A stretch of 64,000 nt of DNA. It comes from Octopus bimaculoides. Lineage: Eukaryota. Made by a program: the position numbers and the translations under genes. Location of the stretch: assembly GCF_001194135.2 (NCBI RefSeq), contig NC_068983.1, forward strand, positions 72,472,833 to 72,536,832, read 5' to 3'. This document shows positions 1-12,210 of the stretch, in pieces (positions within the stretch are counted from its first letter, which is position 1; every line of letters begins with the position of its first letter). Below the pieces are notes generated by a model. It ran no database searches. It was not told the origin of the DNA and was given only the letters and a program-made list of their open reading frames with translations.

Positions 1-317
1 CTATCAACTCGGATAGCTGGTCCCTCTATTGGGTCGACATACGGCAGGCTCTCTTCCTCCCATTCATTCTCTTTATTAAGCAATCTATCGTAGTGGCATC
101 TCCAGACCTCTTTCTTTGCATCCTCATTTAGTGCAAGCGTACCATCATCCATGCAAACACATTTCTCTCCTACAACATCACTATTCTCTCTCCTACACTG
201 TCTTGCAACACGAAATACCTCGAGTCTTTGGTCCTCACGGCGCAGAACATTGGCAAATCTTTTCTTATCTGCTTCCCCTCTGGCTAAATAAACCTGTCGC
301 CTAGCCTCCCTTCTGGC
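1..317 (-). mobile_element. 5'-truncated young RTE-clade LINE ORF fragment (region between endonuclease and RT); continues beyond the window start
   Basis: Uninterrupted minus frame ARREARRQVYLARGEADKKRF...KEVWRCHYDRLLNKENEWEEESLPYVDPIEGPAIRVD. CpG retained. Bases 1-30 resemble the 5' end of the RTE copy near 7290-7330. Confidence 0.85.
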
Positions 318-552
318 ACATTGGTATAACTAATTAAATATTTTGCATAATATAAGTGAAATGAATTAAAAATGGCTTGGTATGTGTCACAGTGCCTTTT
401 TTTAATGTGCTTGCTGTCAGTAACTTTAGAACCTGGTTTTGATTATGGGTGGGACTGGTAATGAAAGAAGAGGTGCTATTGTCTTTTTGTCACTTAGTCA
501 TTAGAATTTGATTTCAGTAAAATAAATCCTCAAAATCAAATTTGATTTTCAG

Positions 553-897
553 TTCAACAGCATTCTACCACCAAAATGCAGGTTGCATGTGTACTCTGAA
601 GAGACTAAACAACAAATGACAGTATTGCCTGAACCAGAAGTAAAACGCTACTGCATTAAGATATCAAAAAAAAAGGGTCAGAGTTCTAATAAGAAAGTCA
701 TTCTTCAAGAAGCAGACAAACTCAAAGAAATAAAAGTGTACAATGTTGGCAATTCTACAAAGGTTCAAGCTGAATATCAACTACATCAGTCTTACCAGTT
801 TGGGATGATATGCAAAGACCATAGGCTTAGCCTTGTCTCCTCTTACAAAGATATCAAGTCAAGATCCTTTAGCATAGAAATTGGCCCATTCAGTTGA
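553..897 (+). other. Open frame of 114 codons after an AG; possibly a decayed Tigger/pogo (CENP-B-type HTH) N-terminus or an unassigned terminal exon
   Basis: ttttcAG at 551-552, then FNSILPPK...NKKVILQEADKLKEIKVYNVGNSTKVQAEYQLHQS...GPFS*. The KVI..E..KLK.IK.Y..G.ST pattern resembles pogo-family HTH only loosely. Confidence 0.3.
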
Positions 898-2814
898 CAA
901 CTTTTACCAAGTATGTTAACAATTGCTTAAGTTACTCTTTAGTTTTAATATTATGGATGAGTTTCCCAACTGCAGAGAAAATTTACTTAGTAGAGACCAT
1001 AATCTTTTTTCATAACTATACCCATGGAAATAGTTGAATACAGCAAAGTAAGCTAACAAAATGCTGGTCATCTTCACACAGATAAAAATGGTTACGGAAA
1101 TAGTTGTGATAACAGAGGTCATAGTGGTTTATGAGTAACCCTGTAAATAAACTTGATGCCTTAAAGGTAATTATAAGAAATGATTTGCCTATAATCCAGG
1201 AAGAGGTGTATATAATGAAGACTTGTTTAAGCAAGGCCACATATATATAGTAGAGGGCTTTAGTCAATTGGATTACCTATTATTGTGCTTATTTTATGGA
1301 TTTTCTTACATATATAAAAGGGAAAGATAAGAGGAAAATTTTTAATTCACATTATAAAATGGCATAACTAAATAACACAAGACATTCAGTCCAGTCCCTG
1401 CCACTCCACTATTATTACTATAGGAATGTACTCAATAACAACAATGATAATATCAAGGTTCTTGTATCAAACTTGTATAACTTCTATTGTATGGATTTAT
1501 TAAGAATGAGTTGAAAAGATACTCAAAGCAAGATTGTTCAGGAAATTACAAACCATAGGAAATATCAATCCAAACAAACATTCTGTGAATTTCTAATCTG
1601 TCATAATTTTGTTCTACCATACAAATTACTCATCCTGTTCTAAAGCATGGCAAAGTAAGGATGATATTGAATGCAGTTGGTTATATTGCTATATAAAAGG
1701 ACGTGGCAGCGACGACGACAACGATGATAGAACAGATTATTATTACAAAGACAATAACAAATAATTTTTCTGCAATGATAATGATGACAAAGTTATAAAG
1801 ACAAAGATGAAGCTAATGACGGCAAAGTTAGTACCACCATAGTTAATATCATAAGAAAATAAATTATAATAGATAAAATTATACAATGAAGAGAAGATAA
1901 CAGTAATATTAATTTCATCTGATCTTAGCAAGTAAAGACAACAACTCAGGACATGTTTCAATCTTATTAGATCCTTTTAGTGAAGCACAGCTTCTAGGTA
2001 TTCCCCAGTTTAGTGATAAAATAATTACTATATTATACAACAATATATTACATATGTAGGCATCAAAAAGTATTATAACTGAAAGGAATTACTCAGGAGC
2101 ACCAACTGCATGAAAAATAGCAGTGAAGTTAAAGCTATTCTAATATATGTAGTAAAGAGGGGAAAAATTTAACTAATAATACTTGTGTGGTGAAGACAAG
2201 AAAAGGTGATGCCAATAGAGGTGGTGGTGGCAACAAGAGTGGTCATTATCTTGGTGATGGTGGTAGTGGTGGTATCAAGTGAGACAGTATAACACAGAAA
2301 TAAGTGCTTGTTACACAGGAATAAAGGGAAGGGTATATGGAAAATGATGTTTACATCTGCAAAGAATTTTAATAATGTAAGAGATAGTGATATAGTGAAA
2401 CTGAAAAGACTTCAGTTGACAACAGGCTTAACCTTCCCGGATAATCAGCTCTGTTTTTCACAGCTAAATGAACCAAGATAATATAGAATATCTTCTGCTC
2501 ATAATCAAAGAATAACACCTGGAGGAGATTTGAACTTACAAACTATGAACTACATAGTTCAAAGTTAATTAGAATCTGATCTAATTATCTATCATATTAG
2601 ATGTCAAACAACAAGTTTCTTGGTAATTTTGTCCTCAACACTATTGTGCCTTATAATTACATCTTCACTTGAATTATCTTACATTGTTAAATTATTACTA
2701 TATATGATACAGAGGAGGTACAGATAAAATATTTGGATTTTACTTTATTTCTTGAATAAATCTCTGAGGATGTTTAACAAAGTTCTCCCTAAAGATCCTT
2801 AAAAATCAGTCTCT

Positions 2815-3010
2815 TTGTTGTTGATGTTTAACCCTAAGTCAGCTGTAATTTAAGTCATAACTATCCCATTTATTCCTTTTTTCATTTTCTAGGCAGGATG
2901 CATTTAATACCACACAATCCAATGTGTCCTTACTCTTTCAAGATGATAGGTTGTGGAAGATTCGGCTGCTATTTCAAGCAGACTGATCAACCAGCTAAAT
3001 GCTTCCTCTG
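2815..3010. mobile_element. Old SINE-like repeat with (AAC)n/(GTT)n tail; abundant family
   Basis: Core ccaatgtgtcctt...aagatg...atttggctgctatttctagcagg recurs, diverged, near 3565-3730, 10355-10540, 19350-19580, 20330-20545, 23540-23710, 25330-25510, 35290-35440, 43540-43700, 46450-46615, 47150-47320, 51200-51410, 62960-63170 and 63660-63895. Confidence 0.65.
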
Positions 3011-4469
3011 TCTGGTTCATATCAGTCTCATTCTAACAATATGATTAATTTTTCTCAAGCCTCAGTCAACTCAGAAAAGCAATGATTCATCATGGATCAA
3101 TTGCAATCAAATGCACTACAGTCAGGATGTGTGCTAAATAATGTAAGTATTCTCGGTGAGTCATCCAGCAACACAACTTGTAGTGATGGTGTATTTTGTT
3201 TACTGATAAATGGAAAAATAAAGGAAAAAAATCAGCAAAGTATCATTAAAGTATAGTGAAAGAAATACTAAAATTTCTATAAAAAAAATAAAACAAAATT
3301 ATATCTGGCAGCAAGGGATTATATTTAATAGGGTTCTTATCTTCATAGATCCAAGTATTATCAACATTAGCTTTGTAACTACTGTTGAAATTATTGCTAT
3401 TCACTTGGTTATTACTCACACTTTCACTACTATTCATGCTATTATTATTCCTGTCACAGACAACTGCCACAAAATTACTAATTTATCTACTTTGTAGCTC
3501 CTAACAATATCCTCTTCTCTACAATTTATAAATTACTTGAATCACTTTGTTACCATAAGTAGTTGTTGTTCTTGTCTAGATCCAGGTCACCCCTGATGGA
3601 GCAGACAATCAAAAGCATTCCAACTTTGTCTATTCAGTTTTTTAAGGGGTATCTAGGACTATATTATCTTATCTGTCCTTTTTTCTTCAAGGTGGTGTTA
3701 TTTAAGGTATATTTGGCTGCTGGTTCTAGCAGAATGAGTGTCAACTTGAAGGTTTTCTCTGTGGCTTGTAACATGAATAAGGATTATATGTCTTATGTGT
3801 CCATCTCTTTCTTAAGGTGGTAGGTAGTCAAAGTACATTTGACAGCTGATTCTAACAGAACAAGCAACCATGCTGAGGCTTTCTCATAGTCTTGCACATG
3901 AATATTGACAACCCCTTGATCCCCAGTGTTTTGTTAATGTGCAATGTGAACTGTAAGTCCTCGCCAAAATTAATATGTAATTCCAGAAACTATCAGTAGA
4001 ATCAACTCTGTGAACTTTTGTTAGTTAATTAACTAATATGACTCATTATCAGTAGCCAGAGGAAAATAGCCTGACTAACTTTCCCTACACACACACACAC
4101 CTGTACAAGCACAATCAATACATCAACACATACAAAACAGATATCCATGCAAATAAACACACGTACATATAAATACTGCAAACACACATATACACACACA
4201 AACACACATAAATTCACATAAACATACACACACATGTGAAGGGATTCATTCTTATATTTCCCTCACCAACTTAGATAATTTAGTTATACCTAGTTGGATA
4301 TTTGTTGTCCAACAGTCAATTAAAATATATTATTTCATCTATCAGTGTGTCCATTCAGTGAGAAGTCAAATCGCTGACTTAATACAAGGCAATTTACTTC
4401 TAAGTCACCAGTTCCAGCTGAAAATTTACAGCCACATATTTACATCACTAATATATTATCCTTTTATTC

Positions 4470-4685
4470 TTCTGGTGGTTTCAGTCATTGGATTGATGTC
4501 AGGCTGAAGCGCCATCTTCAAAAGATTTTGCCGATTATACTGACCCCAGTACTTTGTCTGAAAATTGACTCGTCAACCTTGCAAAAGGATGAAAGGTAAA
4601 AATCAATCAAGCACAAAGAGTTGTAGCTGAGATAGATTAAAACACCACAAGGTATCTTTGACGTTAGCAATTTTACCATACCATA
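4470..4685 (-). mobile_element. Diverged SINE with the cctttcatcctt core
   Basis: gaccccagtact and aaaggatgaaaggtaaa match the reverse complement of the young copy at 43032-43256. Confidence 0.6.
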
Positions 4686-4708
4686 CCAAATTATACACAC
4701 ACACATAC

Positions 4709-4718
<10 letters not shown>

Positions 4719-4765
<47 letters not shown>

Positions 4766-4880
4766 ATTTAAATATTTTTAAAATTTCATAGTGTTACCTA
4801 TATATATATATATATATATATACATGCACACACACAAACACACATACACAAACACACACACACACACGCACATACACATA
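4719..4880. repeat. (TG)n, (TA)n and (CA)n microsatellite cluster
   Basis: Directly visible dinucleotide runs. Confidence 0.95.
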
Positions 4881-5182
4881 CATATCTATGAGATGACTCT
4901 GTAATATGCACTGTGTGTTTACTAATTATTTTAGGTCCCTATGTTGACACAAGAAAACAGAGATACTTTTTCAGCCCTCTCACACTTAACGACATTGAAC
5001 AATGAGGATGTGAAAGCTGGAGGGAGGAACACATCAACATGCAGCTGATACTCATTTTAGCTGAGTGGAGATGGACAATATAAAATGAAGTGCTTTGCTC
5101 AAGACCACATGCTACTTAGTCCAGGAATTAAACACATGACTTTATGACTGTGTGCCCAAATATATATATATATATATATATA

Positions 5183-7330
5183 TCATCATCATCATCATCA
5201 ACATTTAACGTCCGTTTTCCATGCTAGCATGGGTTCGACGGTTTGACTGGGGTCTGGGAAGCCAGGAGGCTGCACCAGGCTCCAGTCTGATCTGGCAATG
5301 TTCCTACAGCTGGATGCCCTTCCTAATGCCAACCACTCCATGAGTGTAGTGGGTGCTTTTTACATGCTACCGGCACAGGGGCCAGAGGAGGCTGGCAACG
5401 ATCACGACGGGTTGGTGCTTCTTACGTGCCACTGGCACGGAAGCCAGTCAAGGCAGCACTGGCATCAGCCACGTTTGGATGGTGCTTTTTATGTGCCACC
5501 GGCACGGGTATCACAACTACAATTTCCATTTGATTTTCATTTTGATGTACTTGACTCAATAGGTCTCCTCAAGCACAGCAGGTGGCCCTACGATCCAAGG
5601 TACTTTTTAATGGGCTGGAGCTGGTTATGCGAAACTGGTGTAGGATACAGCCATGAACTCACTTTATTTGCCGGATCTTCGCAGTCACAGCATATCACCA
5701 GAGGTCTCGTTCTTTCATCATTGCCTCTGTGAGGCCCAACATTCAAAGGTCATGCTTCACCACCTCATCCCATGTCTTCCTGAGTCTACCTCTGCCCCGG
5801 ATTCCTTCAACTGTTTGGGAGTGGCACTTCTTCACACAGCTCTCTTCATCCATCCATAGTACATGACCATACCAGCACAAACGTCTCTCTTGCATGCCAC
5901 ATCCGATGCTTATCATGTCCAACATTTCTCTCAGTGCACTTACGCTTTGTCATGTGTGCACACTGACATTACACATCCAGCAGATCATGCTAGCTTCATT
6001 TCATTTGAGCCTATGCATGTCCTCCGCAGTCACGGCCCATGTTTCACTGCCATGAAGCATGGCAGTTCGCACAGATGCATCATACAATCTACCTTTCACT
6101 CTAAGCGAGAGGCCCTTTGTCACCAGTAAGGGTAGAAGCTTTCTAAACTTTGCCCAGGTTATTCTTATTCTAATGGTAACACTCTCTGAGCATCCATCCC
6201 CACCACTAACTTGATCACCTAGGTAGTGGAAGCTATCAACTACTTCTAGTTTCTCCTCCTGGAGTGTGATGGAGTCTGTTTTCTGAGCATCTGTGGTGTT
6301 TATTACCCCTGTGCATCTGCTGTGCACGAAAGCTATCTTCCCAGTTAATCTTCCTTTGATGTTGCTGCACCTCTTATGTTTCCATAGCTTGCACTAGGTA
6401 CATCTTATGGAGTTTCTACCTACACCTTTTCTACAGATCAAGTAGGGCCACCTACCTGAAGGGGTTTGTGATGTGTTCGCCTTCCTACTTACTAGAACTT
6501 TGGTCTCTGCTACTTTGACTCTAAGGCCTTTCGATTCTAAACCTTGCTTCCACACTTGAAATTTCTACTCTAGTTCTGGTAGTGATTCTGCTGAGGGCCA
6601 GGTCATCAGTACAGAGGAGCTCCCAGGGGCAACCTGTCTTGAATTCCTCTGTTATTGCCTGGAGCACTATGATGACTAAAAGAGGACTGAGGGCTGATCT
6701 TTGGTGGACCCCTACTTCTACCCGGAATTCTTCACTATACTCATTGCCAATCCTAACCCTACTAACAGCCTCTCTGTATAGGGCCTGTACAGCCCTTATT
6801 AACCATTCGTCAATCCCCATTTTCCACATCGCCCACCAGATAAGGGATTGGGGGACCCTGTCAAAGGCTTTCTCCAAGTCAACAAAAACTAAGTATAGGG
6901 GTTTATCTTTAACTAAGTATTTCTCCTACAGTTGCCGCACCAGGAATATAGCATCAGTGGTGCTTCTACCTGGCTCAAAACTGAACTGCATCTCATCTAA
7001 GCAGACTCTCTCCCTAATGAGATGGGCTATGACCCTCACCATGACCTTCATCACCTGATCCAGCAGTTTGATACCCCTGTAGTTATCTCTATCTAGAGCA
7101 TCACTTTTACCCTTGTAGCAGTTGTCTATGGGGCTGCTATGTCAGTCATTGAGTATGACTCCATCATGAACTACCTGGTTTACAATACGGGTGACTAGGC
7201 CATAGCCACACCACCAGATGTTTTAAGCATCTCAGCAGTGATTCCTGATGGGCCGGGCTTTTCCTGGCTTCATGCCTTTAATTACTTTATCTACCAGGGA
7301 GCTGTCTATTCGGATAGTTGGTCCTTCTAC
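5183..7330 (-). mobile_element. 5'-truncated, frameshifted RTE-clade LINE (RT domain, C-terminus, 3' UTR, (TGA)n tail)
   Basis: Minus-strand RT motifs MEKAFDRVP, VGVHQRSALSPLL, CPWELLCTDDL, VDSFHYLGD, RTAMLHGSETW, RLCWYGHVLWM and GRGRLRKTWDEVV. (tca)n tail at 5183-5200. Confidence 0.95.
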
Positions 7331-7364
7331 TGAAAAACACTCAAAAAGAATTCAGCCACTTTGC

Positions 7365-8430
7365 CTCCATCATGTAAAGATGTTCTTTACGTGCCACCAG
7401 CATAGGTGCATTTGGCTTGATGGGTCCTCTCAAGCACAACACATCACCAAAGGTCTTAGTCACTAGTCATTGCCTCTGTGAGGCTCAAAGTTCGATGATC
7501 ATGCTTCCCCACCTTGTTCCACATTTTCCTGGGTCTACCTCTACCACAGTTTCCCTCCACAGTTAGAGATCGGCACTTCTTACACAGCTGTCCTCATCCA
7601 TATGCATTACATGACCATACCAGTGCAGTTGTCTCCCTTGCACACCACATCTGATTCTCCGTATGCCTAACTTTTCTCTTGTGATGCTTACACTATGTCG
7701 AACATGCACACTGACATTGTACATCCAGTGAAGCATACTGGCTTCATTTCTCTCAAGCCTACGCATGTCCTCAGCCGTTATAGCCCATGTTTCACTGCCA
7801 TGCAGCATAGCTGTTCGGACACAGGCACCAAACAATCTGCCTTTCACAGAGAGAGAGGCCCTTTGCTGCCAGCAGGAGTAGGAGCTCTCTCAACTTTACC
7901 CAGCCTAAGCTTATTCTCACAGCTATGCTTTTGGAGCATCTAAGTCTACTACTAACTTGATCATCTAGATAATGGAAACTATCTACTATCTCTAGCTTGC
8001 CCTCCTGGCAGTTGATGGAGCCTATTTTCTACTCATTTTGGTGTTTATTGTACCTGTGCACCTTCCACATACAAAAGTTTCCCTGTTAATCTTCCTCTAA
8101 TGTTGCTGCACCTTTTATGTGTCCAAAGCTCACACTGGGTGCATCTTATGGAGTTTCTACCTACACTTTTTCTACAGATTGAACAGGGCCATCTACCTGA
8201 AGGGATCTGTGATTTGTCTGCCTTCCTACTTACTATGACTTTGTTTTTTGCTAGGTTAACTCTAAGGCCTTTTAATTCTCGATCTTGCTTCCATACCTGG
8301 AACTTCTTCTCTAGTTCAGGTAGTGATTCAGCTATAAGAGCAAGGTCATCAGAGGAGCTCCCAGGGGCAGCCTGTCTTGAATTTCTCTGTTATTGCCTGG
8401 AGGACTATGATGAACAAGAGGGGGCTGAGC

Positions 8431-8434
<4 letters not shown>
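7365..8434 (-). mobile_element. Second, more decayed RTE LINE copy in tandem with the first
   Basis: 7450-8430 parallels 5690-6680 (KGRLFGACVRTAMLHGSETW, LHWYGHVMHMDEDSCV, TGCPWELLYADDL-like region). Confidence 0.9.
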
Positions 8435-8473
<39 letters not shown>

Positions 8474-8482
8474 CACACACAC

Positions 8483-8698
8483 ATGGGTGCTGAAAAGTTC
8501 CATGCTTTGGGTAAAGGAAAATACAAGAAGACCAGTTAATTATGGTTTTATTCCACATATTCACCTCTCAGATTCACACACTTATTGCAGAAGTCCTTCA
8601 GTTTTTCTCAGCCCTGTAAAAGAACTTGGAAGGTTGGGTCTTCAGCCAAGCTTTTCACGATACCCTTAAAGCTAGGAACTTCTCAGCACCCCCTTGTA
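8483..8698. mobile_element. Mariner-derived MITE (~215 bp)
   Basis: Terminal inverted repeats gggtgctgaaaagttcc (8485-8501) and ggaacttctcagcaccc (8675-8691). Right end ...cccttg-TA. Left end abuts a (TA)/(CA) run. Confidence 0.8.
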
Positions 8699-9269
8699 TA
8701 AGCTAAAGAAACTACTGAATCTTTCTCTCTCTCGCTCTCTCTTTCTTTCTTTCTGCAGACAAACAGGCAGATATGCAGACAGACAGACTGACAAATACAA
8801 TAGACTGTCACATTTTCTTTTTGTCAAATTTCATTCAGAAGGTATTGGTCGACTCGGACTACGGTAAAAGTTAGTGAGATCAATCAGCTGGAGTCATGTG
8901 ATTGTAAACAAATTACCACCAGACCTATATATATTATATTTCTTTTGTTATAAAAAGTTCAGTACCTTACATAACTAAATTCACACCAATCCAAGATAAA
9001 AGTTAAATTCACATTTCCAAGTCAAATCAACTGATTATAACCAGTTCCTCCACAAAAAAATTAACAGTTGTTTTCAAGCATAATGAAAAGAAAACACACA
9101 TATGCATACATGCACACACACTCTCACACATACACAAAAGCTTCCAGATCATGCACCTCAGTATAACTCTTTATAAATACAATGCAACAGTTATGCTTTG
9201 TCAACGGAAGAAATGTAATTATGTCTTATTGCAGACACCAGAAAATTCATTTTTAAAAACAAAACTTAA

Positions 9270-10020
9270 TTGTCAACAGGGAATATATGACATAATAGCC
9301 ACGAAGAAGGTAGTGGAGGTATGGCAATGCCCAACTCAAGAGAACAGTTTAAATCAACTAAGGAAAATATAGTAACTAATAAATTAACCAATGAAAACAA
9401 TTAACAATTTAGAGATACTAGATCCAAATAATAATAATAGACTCACAAACAAAATACTAGAATTACAAAATTTACAAACACCACATGGAACCAGATAGCA
9501 GGTCCAAATAACAGGTACAAATAACATAACAGATTAATGAAATTTAGTGACATCAGACAGAGCACTCTCAAATACACACACACACATTAAGTCAATAGAG
9601 ACAATCTCCCTCAAAGTCAATACAGACATAAACAGAATAATTTGACCAGACTGGATACAATAACAAAACCAACAGAGACAAAGTAGCTAATGTATTGGTC
9701 AAAAGAAAAGTGACAACACATAATAATAAAATACAAAAACCACCCTCAATGAATTAACCAATGAAAACAAAAGATGATCCAGAGAAACCAAATATTAAAA
9801 TGAAATTGATCGATAGAAACAAAACAACCAACAAATTAGCTAATGAAAAGCAACATTAGGATAACAATCAGAATATTTAAAAACTAGCCAATGAAAATGA
9901 TAGCCATACAGAAGAGTGAGCCTGCTTGTATATAAAATGGACTAAAATATATTTAAAAAATAATAATAAAGCACTCACCTGAAAGATTGCAAATGCATGA
10001 AACTTGAGCCACAAGAATAA
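9270..10020 (+). mobile_element. Penelope-like element 3' remnant (end of GIY-YIG ORF plus A-rich tail)
   Basis: KKVVEVWQCPTQENSLNQ (9304-9357) resembles the PLE terminal motif E.W.I....N.LN. Strongly A/C-skewed tail with four copies of a ttaaccaatgaaaa-type motif. Hammerhead-like core at 9979-10003. Confidence 0.5.
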
Positions 10021-10744
10021 GAATTAGGTTTAAATATTCTATACGTATGTGTATGTATGAATACATAAGTGTGTGTGTGTGTGTCTATAAATATATGTGT
10101 GTGTGTGTACATGTAGGATACTTAAATTCAGAAATCTCAGTTCACCTCCCTAAGAAGAATATGTACATGAATTCTGAATTCTTGGAATATCATACATAGC
10201 AGATAGTTCACTTTATAAGACAATACTCATCCAATAGCAACTACAATATCAGAAGCTACATATCTTCACAAGTATCTCTTGCAAGAGAAAACGTATACAT
10301 GCTAGGTTATCCTTTGTTTAGTTGAATATATCTAGGTAGTAAAACTGCTTAAGATAGCGAAGGAGGTGCATTTACAAACTTGCTACTATTTGCAGCTAAA
10401 TCTCTCCCAAATCCTAACCTAAGAGTTACAAATACACTATGTCAAATAGAAAAACAAAAGCAAACAGAATTGTTGTGGCTGGAAAGCATTTCATTATAGG
10501 TTTGTTCAATCAGGGATGGCCTGGGGTTAAATAAGAACAATGGAGAACATATAATTGAAACAGAACAGAAAATCTTTATCAACACAGATTTCATTTCCAA
10601 AGAAATTTAACAAACAAGCTGCATCTGTTGTATTTAGATAATTGATTCATACTAAGAATAGATTTTGAATACAGTATTTAAAATATAGTATCCATAAATG
10701 TATACATTCATATATATATGAAAACACACATATACTAATATACA

Positions 10745-10889
10745 TGTATACATTCATATATATATATATATATATATATATAAACATTGAATATATATAT
10801 AAACACACATATACATATATACATTTATATACATAATCACATATCTGTATACACACACACACACACATACATACAAATGCATATGCGTG

Positions 10890-10962
<73 letters not shown>

Positions 10963-10965
10963 GTA
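10745..10965. repeat. (TA)n/(CA)n compound microsatellite including ~30 TA units
   Basis: Directly visible. It generates the YIYIYI and CVCV pseudo-ORFs. Confidence 0.95.
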
Positions 10966-10969
10966 TATG

Positions 10970-11169
10970 ATTGTGTGTCTGTGTTTGTCCCCCAACATCA
11001 CTTGACAACTGATGCTGGTGTGTTTACGTCCCCGTAACTTAGTGGTTCGGCAAAAAAGACCGATAGAATAAGTACTAGGCTTCCAAAGAATAAGTCCTGG
11101 GGTCGATTTGCTCGACTAAAGGCAGTGCTCCAGCATGGCCGCAGTCAAATAACTGAAACAAGTAAAAGA

Positions 11170-11170
<1 letters not shown>
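10970..11170 (+). mobile_element. 3' half of the major microsatellite-containing SINE
   Basis: gtgtttacgtccccgtaacttag...gatagaataagtactaggctt...ctccagcatggccgcagtc...ctgaaacaagtaaaagag is shared with 12518-12861, 38335-38743, 47757-48075 and 53400-53695. Confidence 0.9.
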
Positions 11171-11208
<38 letters not shown>

Positions 11209-11692
11209 TGAGATGAAGTAGTGAGGACCAATCTTGAGTTGTTAGGGCTCATGGAGGAAATGACAATGGACTGAGATGTCTGCCACTATGATGTTCTAGA
11301 GAATACCTGCCCACATCAGAATAACTGAGTGGAAGAAGCATTCTGTCCCACCCAAACTGCATCTTTTCTCTTCCTCACATTTTTCTTCATACACTATAAT
11401 TTTCTCCCATCCCTGCCCTGCTCACTGTATTGCAACTTTGCCCATCACTCTCTTTCTTACCAGTCACTTTAATCTCCACCCCCCACTCCCTACTAGCACC
11501 TTCTTGGCAGTACTTGGCACATATATTACATTCCAGACTGAGAGCTAACCCTAGCAATTGCCACCATTTCTCTCTCTCTTCCTTATTCTACCATCCCATC
11601 GATGCTCTGAACCCCATTTTTTGTGAGTATACCATGACACTTCATCATTATTTCTCTCCTGATCTCTCTTGCATCTTGCTGTCTTCCACTCT

Positions 11693-11694
11693 CT

Positions 11695-11747
<53 letters not shown>
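11693..11747. repeat. (TC)n microsatellite
   Basis: Directly visible. Confidence 0.95.
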
Positions 11748-11751
<4 letters not shown>

Positions 11752-11869
11752 CTGAATAACCATATACCTCCTCTATAGCAAGACATCTATTTCTGCCTCT
11801 GTGTCTCTCTGTCACACTTTAAACTTTCATCAGCTGACATAAGATCACCTCTACTAATGCCCTCTCCCC

Positions 11870-12210
11870 TCTCGAAATTCCTTGGCTTGCAAGTTACTTG
11901 GTGACCCTGCTGGTGTTGGTGCCATATAAAAAGCATTCGGTCCACACTGTGAAGCAGTTGGCATTTGGAAGGGCATCCAGCTGTAAAATCCATGCCAAAA
12001 TTGACCTTGCCTGTGCTGATGCCACATAAAAAGCACTCAGTCCACCCTATGGGGTGGTTTGTGTTAGGAAGGGCATCCAGCCATAAAAACCATGCCAAAA
12101 AAAAACACAGTAGCCTGGTGTAATCTTCTACCTGGCTGGCTTCTGTCAAATTGTCCAACCCATGCCAGCATGGAAGACGGACATTAGATGATGATACTGA
12201 TGATGATATT
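11870..12210 (+). mobile_element. RTE 3'-UTR-derived short element
   Basis: ggaagggcatccagc...ccaacccatgccagcatggaagacggacatt followed by a (gat)n tail. Reverse complement of the 5183-5400 tail. Confidence 0.85.

Noticed and set aside
1130-1290. Peptide YNPGRGVYNEDLFKQG resembling a GH5 mannanase motif
   Set aside because: Short match, stops nearby, no splice support and no other GH5 motifs.
3060-3142. Possible first coding exon (catcATGG...MDQLQSNALQSGCVLNN|GTAAGT)
   Set aside because: Only 17 codons, no identifiable downstream exon or homology; compatible with chance.
9979-10038. Minus-strand 60-nt exon (YLNLILILVAQVSCICNLS) ending CAG|GTGAGT
   Set aside because: The acceptor has no polypyrimidine tract, and the region is better explained as a Penelope-like tail.
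10647-11008. ORFs rich in YIYI, CVCV or HTHT (also 4029, 8332, 13619, 16585-17001, 40628-40965, 53394)
   Set aside because: Translations of dinucleotide microsatellites, which lack stop codons.
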